From assembly GCA_965217585.1 (NCBI GenBank), contig OZ244561.1:3008001-3072000 (forward strand): 64,000 nt of DNA, read 5' to 3'. The DNA comes from Candidatus Latescibacterota bacterium. Its GTDB lineage: Bacteria; Latescibacterota; UBA2968; UBA8231. The notes beneath the pieces are model-generated. The model had not been told where the DNA came from. It was given only the letters and a program-made list of their open reading frames with translations, and did not search any database. Shown piece after piece: positions 55,228-64,000 of this stretch (position 1 is the stretch's first letter; each line of letters starts with the position of its first letter). The position numbers and the translations under genes were made by a program.

Positions 55228-56213
55228 TGGTTACCGCGGGCGATCAAGTCCGCGAGCCGCGTACCAAAAGCCCGCACGCCCGCCGAGTCTTGGTGCGCCA
55301 ACAGCACCCCATCCATCACCACCTTGGTCGCGACCTCTTGCCCCTTGAGTGCCTCGACGGTCAGCTCGATGGCCTTTGCGCCCAGTTCAAAAGGGGTCTG
55401 GGTGGTGAGAGCCTGCAATATGCCGTCATCGGCGAGCATGAACTCGACGAGCTGCTGGCTGGCATCGGTGCCAAAGACGGCTACCTGCCCTTCGCGGCCG
55501 GCGTTTTTGACTGCCATCACCGACCCGACGGTGCCGCCTTCGTTGGCCGACCAGAGGATGTCAATTTCTGGATGGGCCGTGAGAATGTCCCCGGCCTTCT
55601 TAAGCGCCATTTCCGGCAGCCAAGCGTCCTGCTCGGCGACGAATTCCACGCCCGGCAACTGCCCAACCACTTCGACGAACCCATTCCGGCGCGCGTCGCT
55701 CTGCTCGGCGAGCTGCGACTTGAAGGCGAGAGTCGCAATTTTGGCCCGGCCCCCTAGCTGCTCTTCGATATAGCGCCGCGCTACAAGCCCGGTCTGTCGG
55801 CCCAAATCCCCTTGGTCGCTCTCGATATAGGCGGCGGGAATATCCCCTTCCACCGTCGAATTGTACGTCACCACCATGATCCCAGCGTCCTTGGCTCGCT
55901 GCAATGCAGTGGCTGAAGCTTTGGCGCTCAGCGGTGAGATCACAATGGCATCGACGCCGCGCGCGATATAGGTGTTGACTAGCTGAATCTCCTTGTCCGG
56001 CTTATTCGCACTATTGGCCAGCAGCAGTTCGACGCCCGCTTTGTCGGCCGCGTCCTGCATGCCAAACTGGATCAGGCGGAAGAACTGGTCCTCCTGAAAG
56101 ACGATCCCGGCGATCTTGAGTTTTTTCTCTGCCGGCGGTTCTTGCTGATCGCCGCAGCTTAGGGCGACCAGCCCCAAAACGACTGCGACGCAGCGCAACA
56201 TTTGCAATTTCAT
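55224..56213 (-). CDS. Sugar-binding lipoprotein (RbsB-like)
   Basis: Lipobox ALSC; periplasmic binding protein type I motifs. Confidence 0.88.
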   Translation of the reverse strand: MKLQMLRCVAVVLGLVALSCGDQQEPPAEKKLKIAGIVFQEDQFFRLIQFGMQDAADKAGVELLLANSANKPDKEIQLVNTYIARGVDAIVISPLSAKASATALQRAKDAGIMVVTYNSTVEGDIPAAYIESDQGDLGRQTGLVARRYIEEQLGGRAKIATLAFKSQLAEQSDARRNGFVEVVGQLPGVEFVAEQDAWLPEMALKKAGDILTAHPEIDILWSANEGGTVGSVMAVKNAGREGQVAVFGTDASQQLVEFMLADDGILQALTTQTPFELGAKAIELTVEALKGQEVATKVVMDGVLLAHQDSAGVRAFGTRLADLIARGNQ

Positions 56214-56231
56214 GTGTGCTCTCCTCGCGCG

Positions 56232-58001
56232 TTACCCTTGTACCGGCTGCAAATTGAGCAACACTAACAGCCACACCCGGTGCCAATACGCGCTGTTGAT
56301 GTACGGGCTGTATTCCGAAGGCCAGTTGCGCCAGTAGGTCTGGTTGTGGGGAATGCGGTGATACCACTGCAAGAGCGGGAGCGACGGCAGTTCGGCGAGC
56401 CAGATTTGCATGGCTTGGCGGTACAATTGCACTAGCTGCGGATCGCGCGGCGCGATTGCCGCCATTTGATCGACGATCCGGTCGAATTCCTCGTTCTGCC
56501 AGCGCCAGAAGTACTCGGCGGGCTGGCCGGTTGGCTGCACGAAGCGGCTGTGGTAGAGCCGCAGCGTAAAGTACGGGTCGCGCACGCTGCCGCCGTGCCC
56601 ATTGATAAAGGCGCGGGCCGTGCCGTGCGACATGCGGGTATAGGTATCCGGGGTGTTGCGGAAGTCCGCGTCAAAACCCGCTTTCTCTAGCTGCGCGACT
56701 AGGACCGGCGTGATGTCTTGGAAGATCGAGGAGATGTCGATGACCATCTTAAATGGCTTGCCGTCCTTAGTCCAATAGCCTCCTGCGGGCCGCTGCCAGC
56801 CCATGCTCTGCATCAGGGCTGCGCTCTTGGCCAAATCAAAGACCCCGACCTCGTGTTGCTCTAGCAAATCTTCGACCTCGCTGAAGTAAGGCCGGAGCGC
56901 AGGATATGCGGGAAAGGGCAGGAGCGTCGAGGTGCCCGCTCCCTGCCAGCCGATCTCTACGAGTTGGGCGCGGTTGATGGCGTAGTTGATCGCGCGGCGC
57001 ACGCCCACGTCTGAGAAGGGGGTCTCGAGGTTGTTAAAGCCCAGCGAAATGGGCCAGAAATCCACATAGCCGTACGGCGGCTCCCGCCCGGTCCAAGTCG
57101 TAACGCGGGGGTTGCGGTCGAGTACGGTCAGGATGTTGGGCGGCCGGAGGTCTAGGCAGGTATCCATGTGGTTGGTGATTAGGTTCTGGACGCGCTTGGC
57201 TTCCTCCATGTAAGGCAGGTAAATGATGCGCTCGACTTTGGGTAGGGATTGGAACCCGCTGGTGGCGGCCCACCAATCCGGCCGCAAGTCCCACATGCGC
57301 TGCTGCGGCGTGGAGAGCACCAGCTTGTACGGCCCGGAGAACACGGGCCAGCCTTTTTGCGGATCAAAGTTTGTAAAGGTGTCTGGCGACTGCCCTTCCC
57401 ACACGTGCTTGGGCACGATCGGCACTCCATTGCCAAAGTTGTGGGTGAAGTACGAAAAGACAAAGCGCGGATTGGGCGCGGTCAGCGCGATGCGCGCCGT
57501 CAGGCTATCGACGGCCACGGCCTCTTGGACCCAATTTTGCATGTCGGTTGAATAGGACAAAAGGGGCGCGTGGTCCCGGAGCATGTTGATTGTAAAGACC
57601 AGATCGTGCGCCGTCCACGGCATGCCGTCGCTCCACTGGACCCCCGGGCGAATGGCGATTTCTACTTCGGTATAGGCGTCGTTGAAGTGGTGCTCCGTGG
57701 CGATCCAGGGAATCAGCTTGCCCTTGAAGGCATTGTAAAAGTACAGCGGCTCGAAAACGAAATTGTACCCGGTGCGCGAAGTGGTCTCCGGCAGGTAGGG
57801 GTTGAACGAATTGTAGTCTTGGATCTGCCCGGCACAGGTGCCGCTTGCGGCGCAATCCATAATCAAGGTGCGATTCCGCGGGACCTGTATAAGCGCCGAT
57901 TCCGCGACGTTCGCGGGCTGGCCGGCCGCTTGGTCAGAGGGGGTGTCGCCGCAGCCGCTGAGCAGCCACGCGCTGAGCAATATGCAAATGCTGCGTCTCA
58001 T
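56232..58001 (-). CDS. Family 5 ABC solute-binding lipoprotein
   Basis: Lipobox LSGC; RPGVQWSDG..TAHD..FT; RRAINYAINR. Confidence 0.88.
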   Translation of the reverse strand: MRRSICILLSAWLLSGCGDTPSDQAAGQPANVAESALIQVPRNRTLIMDCAASGTCAGQIQDYNSFNPYLPETTSRTGYNFVFEPLYFYNAFKGKLIPWIATEHHFNDAYTEVEIAIRPGVQWSDGMPWTAHDLVFTINMLRDHAPLLSYSTDMQNWVQEAVAVDSLTARIALTAPNPRFVFSYFTHNFGNGVPIVPKHVWEGQSPDTFTNFDPQKGWPVFSGPYKLVLSTPQQRMWDLRPDWWAATSGFQSLPKVERIIYLPYMEEAKRVQNLITNHMDTCLDLRPPNILTVLDRNPRVTTWTGREPPYGYVDFWPISLGFNNLETPFSDVGVRRAINYAINRAQLVEIGWQGAGTSTLLPFPAYPALRPYFSEVEDLLEQHEVGVFDLAKSAALMQSMGWQRPAGGYWTKDGKPFKMVIDISSIFQDITPVLVAQLEKAGFDADFRNTPDTYTRMSHGTARAFINGHGGSVRDPYFTLRLYHSRFVQPTGQPAEYFWRWQNEEFDRIVDQMAAIAPRDPQLVQLYRQAMQIWLAELPSLPLLQWYHRIPHNQTYWRNWPSEYSPYINSAYWHRVWLLVLLNLQPVQG

Positions 58002-59729
58002 TTAGCCTCTTGTTGGTTGTAGGTTCAACAACACCAAAAGCCACGTTCGGTGCCAGTAGGCCGTATTGATATACGGATTGTCCGCCGACGGCCAGTTGGT
58101 CCAGTAGGTTTGGTTGTGTGGCAAGCGGTGGTAAAATTGCAGCAAGGGTACGGCTGGCATCTCGCGCAGCCAAATCGCCAACGCCTCTTTGAACAGGCCC
58201 ACCAAGCGCGGATCGTCGGGTGCGGTCTGTCCCATCTGATCGACGAGTGCGTCATATTCGGGATTTTTCCAGCGCCAGAAGTTCGGCGTCGCCGTGCCCG
58301 TCGGCTGGACGAAGCGACTGTGGTAGAGCCGCAGCGTAAAGTACGGGTCGCGCACCGAGCCGCCGTTGCCAAAGATATAGGTCTTGGCTGCGCCCGTGGT
58401 CATCCGCGTGTAGTTGTCTGAGGTCATCCGCATGTTGGCCGCAAAGCCGGCCCGCTGCAATTGTTCGACTAGGATCGGCCCGATGTCTTGGAAGGTCTGG
58501 CTGATGTCGAGCAGAATCCTAGCCTGTGCCCCGTCCCGCGTCCAGATGCCTTCGGCGTCCCGCTGCCACCCAGACTCCTGCATCAGGGCCGCGCTGCGGG
58601 CCGGATCGAACAGGCCCACCGGATATTGTTCCAGCAAATCCGGGACTTGGGTCGTGTAGTGCCTGAGCCGTGGAAAGTCGGGAAACGGCAACAGGGTTGG
58701 CCGCCCTGCCCCCTGCCAGCCAACCTCTACTAATTGCTCGCGGTTGATGGCGTGGTTTACGGCCCAGCGGAAGGCCGGCTCGTCGTAGGGCGACTCTTGG
58801 GTGTTGAAGCCCAGCGAAATAGGCCACCAGTCCAGATACCCATAGGGCGGCTCTTGGCCACTCCAAGTCGTTACATTGGGGTTTTGGTCTAGAATCGTGC
58901 GGATGTTGGGCGGCAGCATGTCGGCGCACAGGTCCATGGCATTGGTAGCGAGGTTCTGGACCTGTTTGGCCTCCTCCATATAGGGCAGGTAGATCAGCCG
59001 CTCGACTTGCGGCGGCTGGCGGAAGCCGATCTTGGTGGCCCACCAGCCTGCGCGCCGATCCCATATCCGCTGCTCTGGCACGGAGTGCGCCAAGCGGTAC
59101 GGACCGCTTACGACGGGCCAGCCCCGTGCCAGATCGAAGTTGGCGAAGGTCTTGGGGTCTTGGCCCTCCCAGATGTGCCGGGGCACAATTGGCACGCCAT
59201 TGTCGAAGTTATGGGTGAAATACGTGAAGACGAAGCGCGGGTTGGGGGCCGTCAGCGCAATGCGCGCCGTTAGGCTGTCGCTGGCCACGGCCGTTTTTAC
59301 CCAGGTTTGCATATCGACCGCAAAGGTCAGTTCCGGCGCATTGTCTCGGAGCATGTTGATCGTAAAGACCACGTCGTGCGCCGTCCACGGCTGCCCGTCG
59401 CTCCACTCGACCCCGGGCCGAATTTTTATGGTGACTTCGGTATAGTCTGTATTGTACTCGTGTCCGGTGGCGATCCAGGGGATGATCTCGTCGCGATAGG
59501 CGTTGTAAAAGTAGAGCGGCTCGTAGAGGAAGTTATACCCCGTGCGCGAGACTTTGCCGGGCAGGTAGGGGTTAAAGGCGTCGTAGTCCTGGAACTGGCC
59601 GCTGCACGTGCCCTGATCGACGCAGTCAGTGATCAAGGTGCGCTCGCGCGGCACGTGTTGTAGGCTACCTTCGCCGCTACAAGCGGCGCAGACCAAAGCG
59701 AGGATTAGCGAGAAAGTAGGGCGCGTCAA
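58002..59729 (-). CDS. Family 5 ABC solute-binding lipoprotein (paralog of 56232..58001)
   Basis: AGGAGG RBS before TTG at 59729; CAAC lipobox; same motifs. Confidence 0.88.
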   Translation of the reverse strand: MTRPTFSLILALVCAACSGEGSLQHVPRERTLITDCVDQGTCSGQFQDYDAFNPYLPGKVSRTGYNFLYEPLYFYNAYRDEIIPWIATGHEYNTDYTEVTIKIRPGVEWSDGQPWTAHDVVFTINMLRDNAPELTFAVDMQTWVKTAVASDSLTARIALTAPNPRFVFTYFTHNFDNGVPIVPRHIWEGQDPKTFANFDLARGWPVVSGPYRLAHSVPEQRIWDRRAGWWATKIGFRQPPQVERLIYLPYMEEAKQVQNLATNAMDLCADMLPPNIRTILDQNPNVTTWSGQEPPYGYLDWWPISLGFNTQESPYDEPAFRWAVNHAINREQLVEVGWQGAGRPTLLPFPDFPRLRHYTTQVPDLLEQYPVGLFDPARSAALMQESGWQRDAEGIWTRDGAQARILLDISQTFQDIGPILVEQLQRAGFAANMRMTSDNYTRMTTGAAKTYIFGNGGSVRDPYFTLRLYHSRFVQPTGTATPNFWRWKNPEYDALVDQMGQTAPDDPRLVGLFKEALAIWLREMPAVPLLQFYHRLPHNQTYWTNWPSADNPYINTAYWHRTWLLVLLNLQPTRG

Positions 59730-59757
59730 AACTCCTCCTTTTTGCGGTGGTCGCCAA

Positions 59758-59786
59758 AACGTATCAACGCGCGTTGGGAGGGTCAA
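59758..59786 (-). promoter_or_regulatory. Promoter of transporter operon with palindromic operator
   Basis: TTGACC-N17-TACGTT; CAACGCGCGTTG palindrome (59765-59776) in the spacer. Confidence 0.5.
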
Positions 59787-59964
59787 CCAACGAAGCTCGA
59801 CTTTATCCATTCACGTATGGGTCGACAGCAACACTTGTTTCGGTTAGGCCGAAACCGAGCCTTCTCCGTGCTTGTGTTTTATATCGACGGCACGGAGGTC
59901 TCAAAAGACGGCGATGTCTCAGAGACCTTCGTGCCGCCGGTTCTGCTTCAGACTTGGGGATTCA

Positions 59965-61950
59965 TCAAGCAGTATTTCGAGCCGGTTCGTCGCGATACCG
60001 TGCGGGAAGGGCTGTACTAAGGCTCATTGACGAAAATACGAAGTGTAAAGGTGGCCGAGCCGTTTGAGGCCGTCGCGGTAAGGCTAGCTGTCTCAGGTAT
60101 TGTGAAACACCTCGGTCAGGAGCCGTCCAACTGAATGAGTGGAGGAATCTTGTCGCTCCAGAAGGCAGTGAATATGAGTAGCTAGTGCTGCCGACTGCAC
60201 CCGTTGGGAAGGGGAACGTGTAGCTTATTGTTTCCCCTACGTCGATATGGCGGGTTGCTGTGTTCGGCTCAAAGCGTATGCCCGTAGACGCTGTCAATGT
60301 ATTGACGACCGTGGCGCTGCCCCAGTTGGACCACGAGCCGCCAGCCGGTCGCGTGCGGCGGATGCGCCACTCGTAGGGTGCCGCCGAGACCGGCGTCTGC
60401 CGCGACGAGGACCAGCCGGAGGGGATCCCGCTGGCGGTGGCGCTAAACGAAGGCGCATTGCTGCCGGACGCACTGATCTGGTAGGCCGACTGCGTCTCGG
60501 GCGGCGACGGGTAGGTGGAGACGACCGTGGCGCTACCCCAGTTGGACCACGAGCCGCCCGCCGACCGCGTGCGGCTAATACGCCATTCGTAGGGTGCCGT
60601 CGAAATAGGCGTCTGCCGCGACGAGGACCAGCCGGAGGGGATCCCGCTGGCAGTCGCGCTAAACGAAGGCGCATTGCTGCCGGACGCACTGATCTGGTAG
60701 GCCGACTGCGTCTCGGGCGGCAGCGTCCCCGCCGTGGCCGACTCGATAAACGAGACCGCCCGCGCCGTCGTCCCCGACAGCGCCCGCACTTGGAACTGGT
60801 AGCTGACCCCATTAGTCAGTTCCGAAACCGTCTGTGGGGTTGTCCTGCTGGTGGATACTTCCTGCCAGTCGCCCCACATGGCGCTGGCTGCCGTCTTATA
60901 GCGATACTGCCACGCCAGCCCAGCGTAATCTGGCTGATCCCACGACAGCGCTACCCAATTCGCGCCCGATTCGGTCTGCGTCCGCAACGGCACCAGGGCT
61001 ATCGCCTCGGATGCCCTACCCGCCACGCCATTCAAATTGACCGCCCGCGTCCGAAACTGATGCACCATCCCACGGTCCAGTCCCCCTACCCGATGCGTCG
61101 TCTGTTCGCCGGAAACCGTCGATGACACCGACGACCACGCCGTCGACGAACCGCTCTTGATCTCAGCCTGCAACCGCAGCGGGGCCACCGACCACACCGA
61201 CGAGGGGGTGCAAAACCCATAGTTGGGACACGTCCAGTTGGCCACCAGTCCCACGGACTCGTCGTCCAACACCAGCCCGGCTAAGCCCGGCGCATCCGCT
61301 TGGACAATCGCCCCGTCCGTCGGGAACTCCTCCGACCACAACCCAGCGCCCGCTACGTTTTGGGCGCGTACCCGGTAGCGGTAGCGATACCCCGGATGCA
61401 AGGGGTAGCCCGCCGCGTCATTGCGGTGGGTGTAGAAGGAGTTTGCGTGGTAGACCGTTGCCTGATCGACGTAATCTGACCACCTCGTGCGCCCGGTCAG
61501 TACCCGCTGGTATTGCACCTGATACTTAGACACCGCCGGCGTGGCCGATACGGAGTCCCAACCAACCGTGATTTGATTTACCCCCGCCATCGCCAACAGT
61601 CCCGCCGTCGGCTTCGGCGGCACCTGCCCTTCCTGCACCGGCGCGGTCCCTGCGCTTTGGGCGTACGGATATACATCGTCTTCCGCTTGGTAGCGCACCG
61701 TCGCCCGGAGCTGCCAGCCCTCATCCCCCTCATCCCCAGAGCCCTCATCCCTGGCCTCTGGCGTGTAGGCCGAGTTCGTCGCCGAAGTAATGTCCGTCCA
61801 CGCCCCGTTATCCCGCCGCCGCTGCCACTGTGCACCTGTTATGGTCACATCCAAGTCCGGCAGCGTCGCCGTTATCTCCTTCCCCGCGTACGGGATCGTC
61901 GGATCCAGCGTTACCCTCGCGCCGCATTTACTCAAAGTGACATTCGTCAT
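59965..61950 (-). pseudogene. FN3/repeat-containing C-terminal part of a disrupted surface protein
   Basis: Several FN3-like domains and a 216-bp duplicated module; no signal peptide; atypical C-terminal tail. Confidence 0.7.
60305..60720. repeat. 216-bp (72-aa) direct repeat x2
   Basis: PPETQSAYQISASGSNAP...WSNWGSATVV occurs twice. Confidence 0.9.
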
Positions 61951-63267
61951 AGTGACGGTACGATGGTCAACCTCGCCTTGTGCTTTAGCCTGTCTCCTCC
62001 ATTGCCCTTAATGGTCAGGTCGCCAGCGACAGAGACCATGCCTGTATCCCAGGACGGAACCCCGTCCCCCCAGGTCTCCTTCATCCATGTCACCTCTTTA
62101 CCGGGCTGCTCAATATCCCCCGCCCAGTAATTAAGTTGGATGTCTAAGGTCAGCTCGTCATCGTCATTGCCGCGTCGGATGTCGGTCAGGGCCACGCCCA
62201 GGTTGCCCGGATCCAGGTTCCGACCTATGTCCGCATCCCAGTGGACCTCTTGGCGGAGGCCGGTGTCGGCGGTGTGCGCGTACACCGCGTTGACCGTCGG
62301 CTGGGCATAAGAAGGGGAAGTGCTTTCACCATACAGAGGGTACACGTCCGCCGATACAGGGAACGGATCCGAGAGTTGGTCTTGGTATTCGGGCACCTGG
62401 AAATCCGCCTCTTGATCGCGTGCGTTCCGGATGCGACGCCCGTCAGCCACAATCAGCACCGGCCGCTCCGCATGGGTGCGACGCCAGATCAACAGGCCCG
62501 GATCTTGGTCCTCATACTCGTAGAAGGAGATATAGCGACCAAAACTATTATTGCTACGCCGTTCAAGTAAAAGGATGTCATGAGCTATCCTTGGATCCGT
62601 TGGATGAATGCGCGTTCCCGTATCAATCATGTACACCGACCCCAGCGCTAGGGGGTAGTCGTTCTGAGACGCGGTTATCTCGGTCGGATCCAGCCAGCCC
62701 AAGTCCATCCGGTAAGATGGGTTGATCGGCACCGGACAGGAGCTATAGGCCCGGGACAAGCCTCTAGTCGTGTCCGCCTGTTCCGGTCCCTCTCGCCCGC
62801 CCTGCATCAACCCCCAGCCCACAAAATTGGCACCCTCCGCATTGGTCTCCGTCTCCTCTGCCCGTGGCATGTGGGGATTCTCGCCCGTCCACTCGCCATC
62901 ACCATGGTCAAGGCCCAGTAGATGACCGATCTCGTGTACATGAAGGCCGATCCCGGCGAATTCATCAATCGTGTGGTTGTTGTTGCCAAAGCCCTCGCGC
63001 CCCATCACGTAGCGGTAGCCGACGTCAGACTTTTCAGTCGGATTAGCCTCTGTAGTTTTATCCGCCTGCGGATGCAGCAGTGTTGTGGTATTTTCGTCGG
63101 TAAATGTGGCCCCCGAATACAGATAGACCACCTTGCGGCGCACTAGGCGCTGCCAAGAGAAGTTGTCGGAGTTGGGTAGGTCGGCTATGGAGTACCTTTC
63201 TATGTTCGCATTCCAAGACTGCACCGAGTCCCACGCCGCCTTATAGGCTTCGTTCCAGAAGCGGTTT
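61947..63267 (-). pseudogene. M6 (immune inhibitor A)-like metalloprotease domain, 5'-truncated by IS1595
   Basis: HEIGHLLGLDH, WGLM, LGW; the frame stays open up to the IS end at 63268. Confidence 0.75.
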
Positions 63268-64000
63268 GGCTCATTATGGATTGCAGGGAGCTATTCCCAG
63301 AATGCCTTTAATGAGGCCTTCCAGGAGCGCTTTGCCCCTTTTTCTCCTGTTATGAACGAATTCAAAAAAGCCCAGATATAGCGGGAGTTTTTCCTGCGAG
63401 ATCCCTCGGTGCGGTCTCAACCAAGAACGTAACAAAGACCAGAAACCTTCTATGGTATTGACATGCACTTCACAAAAGCCATCTTGATCGTCATCCCGTG
63501 CGAATTCACCCTGGCCATGATGAACCACGGCATGGGCATAGCCCCAAGCTTCCAGCCGTCCGTAGATGTTGTACTCATCGGTATAAATGAGCGTGTCCGG
63601 GATAAGAGCCTTTTTAATCAGCGGCTCCATGGTTTTTTGCTGGACATTCTCCAGCCTCTGAATGCACACATCCCCCCCGCGTTGAATCAGGCCCAAGATC
63701 GGCGGTTTTTCTCTGGCTAAGGTGCCACGTCCTCGACCGCCTTTGAGTCGATTGCGTCGTCCTTTTCGTCCTTTTTTTTCACCGCGGTAGGATACCCCTT
63801 ATGACCGGCCACAATATAGACTTCATCGCACTCGACTTCACCATCAAGCGAAGCGGGCTCCTGCTGGGCGACGAGGCCTTGCCGCAGGTGCGTGGTCATG
63901 TGCTGCGCATCCTCTTTATTCAATCCCAGTTCCTGGGCCATTTGCCGGTTAGACCGATTTAAGCCCATGAAATACAGACCCAGAATCCAAACCCGTAACG
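63268..64000 (-). mobile_element. IS1595 family element (partial); transposase split by a -1 frameshift
   Basis: VECDEVY, TDEY, VHVNTIEGFWS; A8G slippery run at 63771-63779 joins ORFs 63717..63968 and 63274..63696; terminus GGCTCATT. Confidence 0.88.

Noticed and set aside
59742-60020. 92-aa plus-strand ORF as a gene
   Set aside because: No RBS or recognisable family; overlaps the opposite-strand promoter and hairpins; at most a 3' gene remnant
63717-63968. IS1595 transposase as a dead pseudogene
   Set aside because: The break sits on an A8G slippery run and a -1 shift restores the protein, so programmed frameshifting is plausible

Overview
A GC-rich bacterial window. Its content (5376-aa cadherin/FN3/Calx-beta autotransporter, ankyrin proteins, PhyH and Gfo/Idh/MocA enzymes, many TA modules) resembles marine sponge-symbiont lineages; that is inference only. 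It also holds a DUF2089/SHOCT/DUF4097 operon with a zinc metalloprotease, ABC transporters, a complete ISAs1 element and a partial IS1595 element. Signals the ORF track misses: (1) an AhpD-like gene that reads through TGA (CxxU) with a SECIS-like hairpin; (2) an AT-rich candidate defence locus of DUF4258, an HTH-dynamin-like GTPase fusion, DUF433 and an IS-interrupted HEPN gene; (3) at least six short diverged copies of parts of nearby genes at cassette junctions, suggesting serial gene accretion; (4) toxins broken by deletion while antitoxins stay intact; (5) a solitary CRISPR-repeat-like 36-mer; (6) a probable ATC start codon. All family calls come from reading motifs, not from database searches.
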